Source of the DNA: Octopus sinensis
Taxonomy: Eukaryota
DNA: 64,000 nt
Assembly: GCF_006345805.1 (NCBI RefSeq)
Contig: NC_042997.1
Coordinates: 96,658,001-96,722,000 of the forward strand
Direction: 5' to 3'
Position numbers and translations under genes: made by a program
Shown: positions 26,242-37,479 of the stretch, piece after piece
Numbering within the stretch: the first letter of the stretch is position 1
Layout: the number at the start of each line of letters is the position of its first letter
Notes under the pieces: generated by a model
What the model was told of the DNA's origin: nothing
Databases searched by the model: none
Seen by the model: only the letters and a program-made list of their open reading frames with translations

Positions 26242-26795
26242 GTTCAGAGTCCCGGAAAGGAGATACGTGACACCGCTGGCCAGCCATAAGTGACAATTGC
26301 GAGACGAGGGGATTCCATACACAATCGCATGGAAGATACTCGAGAACCCAGGTCCCTACATAGACGGGACGAAACGGTACAAGTTGTGAATTACCGAGCG
26401 CACGAGATTCCTTAAAAACTCGCTCGCGCCAATGGGTATCCTGAACTCCAGGACAAAGATTTTCGGACTATACCTGCATTTTAGAAAATTCCTGCTCGTC
26501 TTTTGGAATCGGCATGGCGACACCACAGTCGGAAACCAATAGGTATAGCCGAAGGGAGGCAATCGTTTATTTTCGTGGTGCTTTGGTGACCGCAAGATGG
26601 CAGCGCGGCCGAATATCAATGGACAACGGCAAAGGGAGATAATCACCTTGGATTTTACCCTTAAAAACGAGGCTTTTCCTCCTCCATATCTTAAAGAGGT
26701 GTCAGCCCAACATCGCTTGGGGGGTGAAGATACGCCGTAAGGCTAAATACTTTATGAGCGAGAAAACCAGGGAAATCCCATAAACTAGCCTACCC
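26242..26795 (+). mobile_element. Penelope-like element 3' end (C-terminal GIY-YIG extension plus 3' region)
   Basis: One frame, 26242-26542: FRVPERRYVTPLASHK*QLRDEGIPYTIAWKILENPGPYIDGTKRYKL*ITER..ILNSRTKIF..HFRKFLL. Confidence 0.75.
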
Positions 26796-26811
26796 TTATT
26801 TATATATGTGC

Positions 26812-26858
<47 letters not shown>

Positions 26859-27049
26859 TGTGTTTGTGTGTGTGTGCGTGTGTGTGTTTGTGTGTATGTA
26901 TACGGCATGAATAATTTCGACCAACAAAAATATACAAAGACATCACACATGAACGAACAAATAAATGAAAGATACCAAGTACACCAGTTATTCAAAACTA
27001 GAAATATATATATATATAATATATAATATATATAATATATATATATATA

Positions 27050-27089
<40 letters not shown>

Positions 27090-28056
27090 AACCACTCCAG
27101 CGTTTTATTAACATTACTATTCACGATATGTAAATATCTAGAAGAGAGAGATAAATTTAATGAAACAAAAGTCAACCTAAAAAATAATAGTGTTATTTAA
27201 TCAAAAATTTAAAAGTTAATAACTACAAGCCGATATACTATCCATTAAAAAGTAATAAATGTCCTTATCTAAAGCAAATCTTTTGTTTACAAAATATCAT
27301 TCTACATCAGTAGAAGTAAAACAGTAGAATATCTAAAGAGAAAGAGTAGTATCAGTGAAGGGAGAGGAGAGGAAATAGTAATAGAGTGAAGGATAGGCAG
27401 AGACTGTAATATCCATGAGTGAAGAGTGAGAGAAAGTAATGGCCGTTTGAGAAAGAAGAACGCGGTGTGTATCTTCTGTTCTCAACATATGAATGAGAAA
27501 CGAAGGGGCGAATAAAGTAAAAAAAACAGGCATTAAACTGTGTCAATATATGTGTATACGTGTTTGTATGAAAAAGGGAGGTATGTGAGCGTTTGTGTGT
27601 GTTTGTGTGTGTGTGTGTGTGTGTGGTGTGTGTGTGTGTGTGTGTGTTGTGTGTGTGTGTGTTTGTGAATGTGTCAGTGTGTGCTTGTGTAATGGAACCG
27701 TTTCCCAGCGTGCGTAGTGGGAACGTACAACTCTGAAGATAAAAACTGGCATTATTCCAATATTCGAATATTGTTTGAGTATGTGTATGTATGTGCGTGA
27801 CTGGAAAATATATGAATATTTGTATCTGTGATTGTTCGCTACTTCGTTTAGTACCTTGCTTAAATAACAATTAGCCATCAATTATAAACAGCACGGGTCC
27901 AGCTAATAAATGAATATGGAAATAACAAGACGTAAGATAACTAAATGAATTATATGTAAAGATCATATATATATATATATATACACTTACACACACACAC
28001 ACATATATATATACACTCACACACACACACACACACACCACACACACACACACATA

Positions 28057-28111
<55 letters not shown>

Positions 28112-28284
28112 GTTAGAAATTCTAAATCCAGATTACGTGAAGTTATTTGGTTTGCCCCTCCTTTCTCACTTAGAGTTAAGAATCTACCTTGTTTAAATGA
28201 AATCTCTCGTATGAGGAGGCGAGTGGCTTCGTTCCATTTTTTCATTTTCATTGTATAAATCACCCTTTTTCACTTTATTTTTGT

Positions 28285-28345
28285 CTCCGCTTAGGTTCGT
28301 ATATTGTCCCCTCTATATTCAGCCCCTTCTGGGCAATAAAGAAAT
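28285..28345 (+). mobile_element. OK-like SINE 3' tail
   Basis: TTGTCCCCTCTATATTCAGCCCCTTCTGGGCAATAAAGAAAT, as at 26120-26157. Confidence 0.8.
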
Positions 28346-28359
28346 CGAAATTTACCAAG

Positions 28360-30830
28360 TCGGAGTCAGTTTGAAGATCATTTTTGGTCTATTGTGTTGG
28401 TTGCTGACTTAAAAGTTAGTAGTATTGTTGAACTGTTGAACTGTTGAACTGTTGAACATTTGTTATAATGCTGTTGTAAAACACCTTGTTTTCTGCTTGA
28501 GGCAGAATTTTGTTAACATTTTCCCCTTGTGTAAAGGGGGAAAATATTGTTATAACTATTGTGACTTGCCAAAATGGATAAATCAACCATAAAAAACAGG
28601 ACCAGTGCCGAACGTGGGACCAGTGCAAGGAAAAATCTTTCAAACTGTGGTAGCAGCACAGAACTAAGAATTATGCTGTCAGGCGAGGTTTTCGTAAAGG
28701 AAAAAAAAAAGAATTTTCCGGCAGCATCCGGAGTTACTAGAACGAACTTCAACTGTGAAAGCGATAGGCTTATAAAATATAAAGGTATGCTGAAAAAGGA
28801 GGGGAATGATACAGTAATTACCCCTCCCAATGAAACTACTCACAGAGTACTTCGGTGCACTGTGATATATAAATCTTTCATTGTCAAAATCAAAATATAT
28901 CTGAAAAATGCAAGTGAGGGGAGCGCAGAACTGTGCCTGCGAGTAGTATGGAGCGACGTGCCATACATAACAAGAGGAGTAAAGTATGCCACGATAGAGG
29001 TTCGCTTCAAATTGGAAAAAGAGGCCAAGCAGGCTTCAACAGAGCCGCTGAAAGCAGCTGAGGTGGTATCCTACCTACTTATCTTGGAAGGGGACTTCCA
29101 AGATTAGAGTAGGGGACATCCTGCCTGGCTGGAGGCGGCCGTAATAACGGGCTTCGAGGATAAAATAACTATTCTCCAAGCCACTGATTTGGAATTGCAA
29201 AATTGGCAGAGGTAGGGGCTCGAAATTCTCATCCAAGCAGCCCCTGCCGATTTAGAAAATATAATCGACACCATACAGGTGGGTAGAGGATAAGATGGAA
29301 ACCCATGCTTCAAAAATATTCTCAGTCGGTTTCAGTTGGCAGATAGGTACAGACTAGATGTTCGAGACGCTCCATTGTGGACATGGATTAATAGCGATGA
29401 GTCAACTACATCTTATTTAGACAGGATTCCAATTCGGGAAATAGACAAAAAACTAGTTAGTCGTCCACAATTTCACTATGTCAGCTACAGTGATCACAAA
29501 TTTGTGACCTGTAGGCTGGATTTAGATAAGCTACGTGGACAAAGATCCGGTTACTGGAAACTCAATATTTTTTTTTTGCTCATAAGGAGTACGGGAGTCA
29601 GATTAGGCAGTTAGTGTTGGGGGCATTGTGTGGAGCCATTATTAACAACACATGATGTTATGCCCTCAAAAGAGCCATAACATTTGAGTCTATATAGCAA
29701 AGTGTTAGTGACTAAGAAAAATAGAGTAGAAAGGGCTTTAGTTAGGACCCCAGATGAAGCACTTGAATCTGGCTAGGCGCCACTAGTTTAGCTGCGAGAT
29801 TGGCTCTTAAACATCACCGCGAGGCTAAAAATGTATAGTCAGGGCTAAGCAATGTACAATGGAATCAAAGGTGCTGGATGGGCCCGTATGATAAAGACCC
29901 TACGTGGCAATAATGGCACAATAAGGTATATGACTAATCATCAAGGGAACTTGATAAACGAACCCAAGGAAATATGTAAGGTCTTTCAGGAGCACTTGGC
30001 CTTGTTTTTCGGAAGGGCAGCGAGCCGGAGTAATGGGGGGAATTCGCGGGCTTCCTCACCGGTGTACCGCGTCTCTCGTGGTGACAAGCCAAGCGGAGTG
30101 CTGAGACGGGCTGATCATAGCTGCGGAGGTGGAGGATGATTTGTCGAACTGCAGCGAGGACAAGTCGCCGGGGCTAGATGGTCTCCTCTACGAGCTTTAT
30201 TACAGTATGCCAGACTTGTTTGGGCACCTACTGGCATGCGTCTTCACAAACTGGCAGCAGAATTGGTGTGTGAGCCGGGGAGTTGTGACACTGCTTAGAA
30301 AGGATCCAAACAAGGAGGATAGTATAGATAATTTCCGGTCCATCACTCTACTTAATGCAGAGTTGAATATTTTAGCCAAGGTGGTAGCAAAAGGTTGGCG
30401 CGTGTCGTGGGTGGACTCGTCGGGGAGGCACAAACTTGTGCCGTTCCTAGCAGATCCATACACGACAATCTCCACCTTTTACGCTGCACCTTACAGAAGG
30501 TTAACGGGCTCTCCTAGCAAGGATGGGGATCTTGCCCATTTAGACTAGTCTAAAGCTTTTGACTGGGTTCATCATTGGTATCTCGTGTCAGTCCTCGCGG
30601 AGTTCGAAAAAAATTGATCTCAATAATTATGCAGAGTTAGGTGAATGACCCTGCGCGTCAGGGTCACTCACCTACCTCAGACCTGGTCTGAGCAGCGGTT
30701 ATCTCTGAAAGGAAGAGTGGAGGTCGCAGAGGTGTTTATCGCTTCTCTGTTTACCTACCGCCTAATCGTCGTGCCTTGCTCCCATTCGTGGCGGATCAAG
30801 TTGGAGCGTCTGCTCTTTCGCTTCTTTTTG
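28360..30830 (+). mobile_element. Tx1/L1-clade LINE: 5' UTR, ORF1, and APE and RT pieces with several internal deletions; 3'-truncated
   Basis: ORF1 28574-29107 (ITRGVKYATIEVRF); APE end WTW..SYLDRI..SDH..GYWKLN (29336-29614); RT KSPGLDGL..LLRKDPNK..NFRSITLLN, D*SKAFD and LSLKGRVEVA. Confidence 0.87.
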
Positions 30831-31195
30831 TTAATAAATATAATCTGTACACCACTTCAAACAATCTACACACACATACACACACACACATACACACACA
30901 CGTACGCACACACAAGTATACATACTCATACATATACATATACATATATTGGATCGTACGTTATAGGTAGTTTCTGCAAATATTATCCTCACTAACGAAT
31001 TAGTAGTACATCAAGAGAAAACTACATTACATTCATTGTAATGTATGCATTCAATATTTACCAATACAATATTTACCAATACAAAATGATTATATTAAGC
31101 TCGGAAAATGCCAAGAGGAATCTGAACAAAGAATACTACATTAGAAGCACTGTCTATAGTCGATTCTAAATTCCACATTTGCCAAATATTTTAGA

Positions 31196-31309
31196 CTTGC
31201 TCGGGATTAAGTTACGATTATTAAGCTAATCAAGTTCTTTATTTCAAACCAAACTAAGTAATACAGACGTCAATTTGGGCGAAATCAGTTGAAATTAGTT
31301 ATATTTTAT

Positions 31310-31341
<32 letters not shown>

Positions 31342-31454
31342 ATATATATATATATATATAATATAATATATATATATATTATATATTATATATATTATAT
31401 ATATTATATATATTATATATATATATATAATATAATATAAATATATATGGGCAA
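31196..31454 (-). mobile_element. 3' part of a non-autonomous Helitron-like element (host copy)
   Basis: Reverse complement of 32457-32669, including (TA)n and the start of the CCCGAGCAAG hairpin. Confidence 0.8.
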
Positions 31455-32487
31455 TCATATCTATAAAAGGGAGGATGTGTATGCGTATGTGTGTGTGTGC
31501 ACTGATTCTGATTTATACACGTCAACAAATTAGCACGCATGTCGCGCAAATTTTAGGAGGACATTTGTTAACACCTTATCTGGGTTTTGTCAACTTATTC
31601 TTTCCCGAGGCACCCACGGATAGGGTAAAAATCTATTTTCAACCATAGATTTTAACCATAACAAATATCAGCCATTGCTTTTTGGTGGCTTCTAACAAAA
31701 AAAATATAGGATAAAGAAAAGTGGAAGAAGGAGGCAGAGAGTTTCACGGGAAAGACAAATTGAGAGAAGTAGAGAGAGAGAGCCATTGCTTTTTTGACGG
31801 CGTCCAACAAAAAAAAATACGATAAAGAAAAGTGGAAGAAGGAGGTAGAGAGTTTCAAGGGGAAAGACAAAGTGAGTGAGGGAGAGAGAAAGAGAGTAAC
31901 TGACTACTTTCATAAAAAATAAAATGTAAAATGTTTTGTTTTTTGTTTTTGAAAGGCACACTATATTTTATAATCATAGTATATATACTTTCTCACACAA
32001 TTACAATATATCTATTTTAAATCATTTATTTATTTTAAATGGTTCATCTTTCTCCCCCTCTCTCTCACACACATTACTTTGGGTGCGAAAGAGGTTTGTT
32101 TTTTTATTTTAGGCCGAGCAAAAAAGTGTTTTGTTGACAATCCATTTATTTAACAACAAAGGAACAAAGAGGTGAGTAACAATTTGTCAATGAATTATAC
32201 AATATAAATGGGTACAATTTGTGAGACTTCCCCCACACCCCACTCCGTATCACGGATCACAAAAAAGGGATTTGAGGCCAGAGTAGTTGATTCCATGCAA
32301 AAAAAAACGATTTTTTTCTTAGTGAAAATTGTGCGAGTGTTAATCTACAAATTTAACGACATTTTTTCCATTCATTTCTGTTTATGAACATGTATGCGTG
32401 CACAAAACATGCAATAGGTGTACGTACGTACGTGTGTGTATGTGTGTTCGTGTCTGTTGCCCATATATATTAATATTATATTATATA

Positions 32488-32518
<31 letters not shown>

Positions 32519-32519
32519 C

Positions 32520-32563
<44 letters not shown>

Positions 32564-32686
32564 TATATAACTAATTTCAACGGATTTCGCCCAAATTTGA
32601 ATATTACTTAGTTTGGTTTGAAATAAAGAACTTGATTAGCTTAATAATCGTAACTTAATCCCGAGCAAGGCCGGTTATACTGTTAG
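31455..32686 (+). mobile_element. Non-autonomous Helitron-like element (1232 bp), inserted copy
   Basis: 5' terminus A|TCATATCTATAAAAG; 3' CCCGAGCAAGGCCGG hairpin-like motif followed by CTGTTAG|T; inserted between A and T with no TSD. Confidence 0.75.
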
Positions 32687-32914
32687 TGGCTGATATTTGT
32701 TATGGTTAAAAGCTATGGCTGAAAATGTTTGAAAATAGATTTTTACACTGTCCACGGGTGCCCCAGGAAAAAAAATTAAATTGACAAAACCCAGATAGCA
32801 TGTTGACAAATGTCCTCCTAAAGTTTGAGCGACATGCGTGCTAATTTGTGGATGTTCATAAATTACAATCACGTACACACACACGCACACACATCCTGCC
32901 TTTTATAGATATGA
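32687..32914 (-). mobile_element. 5' part of the same Helitron-like family (host copy)
   Basis: Reverse complement of 31455-31674, with the same TCATATCTATAAAAG terminus at 32914. Confidence 0.8.
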
Positions 32915-34435
32915 TATTTTCTAAATTAAATGCATCTAATTAATGCAAGAGTATCTAGCCTTATTGCTGGCATCGGCGTCCTTTATATATTGATATATGA
33001 TGCTAAATCTTTCTATTTCTGTTACTAAATGGCAGAGCTATCTACTAGAAAAGACAACATTTTTTAAAATAGCGATTCCATTTAATCAATTATTATTTTA
33101 CAAGCAATTTATATTTTTAAAATATTATTAATGTCATCCTAGTTGAGATATAAATAGCATACGAAAAATAGATTTATTCTCAATCAGAAATTATATGGAT
33201 TAATATAAATATATCATTCATTTACTTGCTGGTGCATTGGGCTTCAAGTGTATATTTATATAATGTATTTTGTACAGTGTATCAAATATACATTTCCAGG
33301 ATTAGAAATGTTGAAAAAGCGCCAGAAAATTTGAGGTTTTTGCATATGAAAGAGCGCAGTCTTATTTCACACCAGTATTATCACTTGCAATGATCTAGGT
33401 TAAGGCCTAACTGCAAGCAGAAGGAATGTCGGAGTGCTATTTGAAAACACTATCATCCATCCTACATTTATAACCTCTGAATAGCAGTGACATCATAAAC
33501 AAGGTGCTCAGGCTGCCGTAGTAAATAATTTCGCAACAACTGGAGGACAGATTCTTCACTACTGTACAGTTACACCATTGCCAAGGATTAGCATAACTTT
33601 CAGGTTAATCTGTTTCCAGTATATCCATAATATTCCTTATGTAGACCACTATATAGTGTATCGCTCTTTCCAAGGATCATCGTCTCACTCCTGTTAACCT
33701 CCTTTAGAGGAGTTCACCTGATTCATAAACGCAATCATTTTCTGTTGTAAAAGTGCCGTGCCAAGAGCAAAATGGCGTAAAATATAAGAGGAAATAAAAT
33801 TATAAAATAACAAACATCATTATATCAATCTGTATTCTTTAAACATTGCAATTTTCATCATAGTACTCTTTACACATCACTTCAAATGAATATCTTACAT
33901 TCCCTTGCTCTTTCTCTCATTTGGTAACATTTGCGTTTTAAAGAAATCGTTTTGTCTATAAAAGTATATTCACGGGAGAGATTTTGAACAAAGAATGATA
34001 TAATTTTATATTGATATTAATATAGAAAGATATATTTCACCATTTGTTGAACGCTGGGAAGTAGAAAGATATGTATTAATAATTGGAAATGGTATTCCTC
34101 CTTACATTTTTCTATTGAATTATTGCACCAAAATCTTTCTAGTGCTGCGATTGAACGCATTGTTTTGTCAAAATCTAATGGTGGTTTTCCAATTTATTTA
34201 ATTCTTCGTAATAATGGTTTAAACTTATCTTAAAGAACATTACACAAACTTGTATAATTGTTTGTAGTTTTCCTAAAGCAATCTTTGATTAGCTCCAAAT
34301 TTGTTAATATATTATGACGCAGATATCGTCTAACTTATTTGCTTTTCAAGACATGCAATTATTTGAAACTTCAATTTAAAGTTCTTAAAAATCATTCAAA
34401 TTTTATTTTCTTACTTTCCAAAATAAATGCTTAAA

Positions 34436-34598
34436 ACATTATTTATATTTGACGAATATTTGTCCTCATCTTGTTTGATGTTAACACAATGTTCCGGCTG
34501 ATATACCCTCCAGCCTTCATCAGGTGTCTTGGGGAAATTTCGAACCTGCGTTCTCATTTCTAAGGTATATTTCGATGTTATTGTTGTTATTATTATTA

Positions 34599-34684
<86 letters not shown>

Positions 34685-34698
34685 GTTATTATTATTAT
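34436..34698 (-). mobile_element. Inverted copy of the HHR-SINE tail plus (AAT)n, with the tRNA head essentially absent
   Basis: Reverse complement of 34783-35015. Confidence 0.88.
34483..34528 (-). ncRNA. Hammerhead ribozyme motif with mutated GAAA/stem III
   Basis: Minus strand: GACAC-CTGATGA-A-GGCTG gagggtatat CAGCC-GGAA-CAT-T-GTGTT. Confidence 0.7.
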
Positions 34699-34708
34699 AT
34701 ATGCCATG

Positions 34709-34778
34709 GGCATATGGCGTAGTGGTTAAGAGCGCGGGCTTCTAATCCCAAGATTCCGAGTTCGATTCAAGGCAGTGT

Positions 34779-34849
<71 letters not shown>

Positions 34850-35054
34850 GTAATAATAATAATAATAATAATATCGAAAAATTTCTTAGGAATGAGAATC
34901 CAGGTTCTAAATTTCCTCGATACACCTCATGAAGGCTGGAGGGTATATCAGCCGAAACGTTGTGTTAACAACAAACAAGATGAGGACAAATATCTGTCAA
35001 ATGTAAATAATGTAAATAATGTACATAATTCCTCATCTCTTAAATATAGAACTG
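34709..35054 (+). mobile_element. tRNA-headed SINE with internal (AAT)n and a hammerhead-containing 3' tail
   Basis: A box TGGCGTAGTGG 34715-34725; B box GTTCGATTC 34760-34768; (AAT)n 34783-34872; HHR 34921-34966; tail repeats AATGTAAAT. Confidence 0.82.
34921..34966 (+). ncRNA. Hammerhead ribozyme motif with G5 mutated to C
   Basis: ACAC-CTCATGA-A-GGCTG gagggtatat CAGCC-GAAA-CGT-T-GTGT. Confidence 0.72.
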
Positions 35055-35254
35055 AAATACTTAAAAGTTGAGCTCCATGATAAATATCATTATCAGCAAT
35101 ATTATCCTCATAACCTCTCTCTTAATGAAATTACTACGGATTGTTTTACAACCGGTGATAATTGAACATTCATTGTTAAATTATACACTGAGCCTATTTG
35201 CCCCTGGCTAAAGATATCCAATGTACGATCTATATATGCAAATGATGCGAGTAC

Positions 35255-35770
35255 ACCTAACTTGACGTATTGCTTACTTGCTTATTGCTGGTGTATGAGG
35301 GCCCATCAAAAGGTGATGACAGCGTCGATACAGGACATTTATCCTCCTCCGTCTCCAGCACATTCTTTCCTATGGGAGCGGACGTGGCTGACATGATCGA
35401 TACGAGACAAGGACATATCATATTGTCGAGCGCACAGAAAATGATCAGAACAAAAGCCTCAGAGGTTTGATTACGATGTCTCCTCCTCTCTTCATGCAGT
35501 CTCCTGCATTCGCTTTCAAAGCACTCTGTTCCAGCATCACACATGTACTTCCATGACTTCCGATCAATAACCAACCGATTGGGAGGGACACAGGATAAAA
35601 TGTGGGACCGCTTGAGATAATCATGAAAGCTAAGTTTTGGACGTCCACGAGGTCTACATCCAGTCCCGTTCTTGCTGAAGAGCACCGTCTTTGGGAGCCG
35701 GTTACTTGGCATCTGAATTACATCATCAACCCAGCGGAGAATACGACGAAGGAAGCAAACATAATAACAA
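35255..35770 (-). mobile_element. RTE-clade LINE 3' fragment
   Basis: ORF 35257-35808: LRWVDDVIQMPSNRLPKTVLFS..GCRPRGRPKLSFHDYLK..DRKSW, a typical RTE C-terminus. Confidence 0.85.
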
Positions 35771-36637
35771 AAGCACACGTTCAGTAATTTCAAATAGTAT
35801 CCACCCAAAAGATAGTAATATCTAATTCAAACTTCTTTGCCATATTCCATAATCTTATTCCCTTTAACCTTTACTCCCCCTTATTAAGTTTTCTTTTGTT
35901 TATCAGTGTGCACAATATTTTATATATACTTATAACTGTGAATATGGGTTTATTGTAGCGTGTTAATGTCTGTCAATGTTTTGGGAGGTATGTGCTCCTC
36001 TATATGTGAACGAACGTCTGTTTATATTTATAAGTCGAGATCGATAAAGTCCTGTAAAACATACTTAAGTATCTGTATGCGTTTAGTGAGTTATAGTGAG
36101 TTTACAAATCTATGATTTAGCTCTTTTTTTAGTTCTTTCAAACACTTTCTTCCCATTACCTAATGATCATTTAGCTAAACTTTCTTTTACTTCCTTTTCT
36201 TTTTCTTCTGGTTTTTCTTTCATTTCTTTCCCCTTCACAATCTTACTATACTTCATTTCCATCTATCACAATATCTAGCTTGTTCCGACAAAACGTTATT
36301 TTAAATTCCAAGTACCCATTGTTCGTGTGTAAATATTTTGTGAATGAACGTAATCTTTATGTGCTTAAGTAAGTGTGTGTATGTGTATACAGCTATGTGT
36401 TGGGGATCTATTGATGTTTGGGGATGCGTATGCTCTTGTATATATCAATGATAGTTTGTGAGTATTAGTATGTCAACGTTAGCGTATAATTTAGTAAACG
36501 TTTGGTTCTAAGTCGTTACCACATGATTCTGTACGAGTAAATATTTAGAGATATCTATGCATGTGTGTAAGTATATTTCAGAATATGTATGTATGTTGGT
36601 ATGTATGTATGTGTGTATATGTATATATATATATACT

Positions 36638-36686
36638 GCTTCCTGATGATTTCCTTTGAATGAAACACTTCTAGTCCTGTAGAAGC
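36638..36686 (+). ncRNA. Type I hammerhead ribozyme with intact core and GUA cleavage triplet
   Basis: GCTTC-CTGATGA-T TTC cttt GAA T-GAAA-CA cttctagtcc TG-TA-GAAGC. Stem I has 5 bp, stem III 3 bp, and stem II 3 bp with a U-U closing mismatch. Confidence 0.72.
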
Positions 36687-36766
36687 TCCTATAAAATAAA
36701 TTAATTTACTCTGCTATGTATTGAGTACCTTAGTTACTGTGGTTAACCCCGACTCAACCCGGGACC

Positions 36767-36860
<94 letters not shown>

Positions 36861-37075
36861 CTTATATATTAATATATATATGTATATATGTAAGTGTTTG
36901 TATTTTGATGAGTATGTATTGGTATATGTTTGTGTTTTTGTATGAATTTAAGGTTTATATTTACACGTCACACGTTTTAGTATGAACGCCTGTATCCATA
37001 TAAATACGTTACGTTTTGTAGGACTTTCTCTTTCGGTTAACATGTTTTTTTTTCTATGAGTTTCTTATCATAAGC

Positions 37076-37157
37076 CTCCTGAAGAGATTGGTGCACTATT
37101 GACCATTATTTAACCAGCCGGACATTTTAGAATGCACCCGTCCAAACGTATGTAGAG
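37076..37157 (+). ncRNA. Degenerate hammerhead (G12 to C) with a long stem II
   Basis: CTC-CTGAAGA-GATTGGTGCA..37 nt..TGCACCCGTC-CAAA-C gtat G-TA-GAG. Confidence 0.5.
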
Positions 37158-37233
37158 AACTTCATCATATAAATTGATTAAGAACATCTCGAGCGTTCGT
37201 CTCCTTTTTATATTGTATATATATACATAAATA

Positions 37234-37279
<46 letters not shown>

Positions 37280-37479
37280 CGAAAATATTATTTGAGTACC
37301 TGCGCACGTTGCGTTTGAGTTGTGTGTATGTGTGTGCATATCTGAGGTGTGTCTGTATATATGAGGAGGAGTGACAATCAAGGAGATTTTTATTAAAAAA
37401 AGTTTTGAATTGAAATTAACGAAGTTTCGGGGATATATCTATGTCTCTGTATGCGTATGTATATGTACATATTTATACA

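Noticed and set aside
26242-26542. In-frame TGA at a conserved Cys (26387-26389) as selenocysteine, as reported for some Naiad PLEs
   Set aside because: The partner Cys is mutated to Tyr, a second TGA (26291) replaces a Trp, the domain is C-terminal, and no SECIS was seen. Ordinary decay is simpler.
26720-26755. TGAAGA-TAC-GCC gtaa GGC-TAAA as a decayed hammerhead in the PLE 3' region
   Set aside because: Two core mismatches, a 3-nt insertion and no stem I.
34709-34782. A genuine tRNA gene (anticodon loop CTTCTAA)
   Set aside because: The T-stem and acceptor stem are mismatched, and it is fused to (AAT)n and a repeat tail. It is treated as a SINE head, and the parent tRNA is not assigned.
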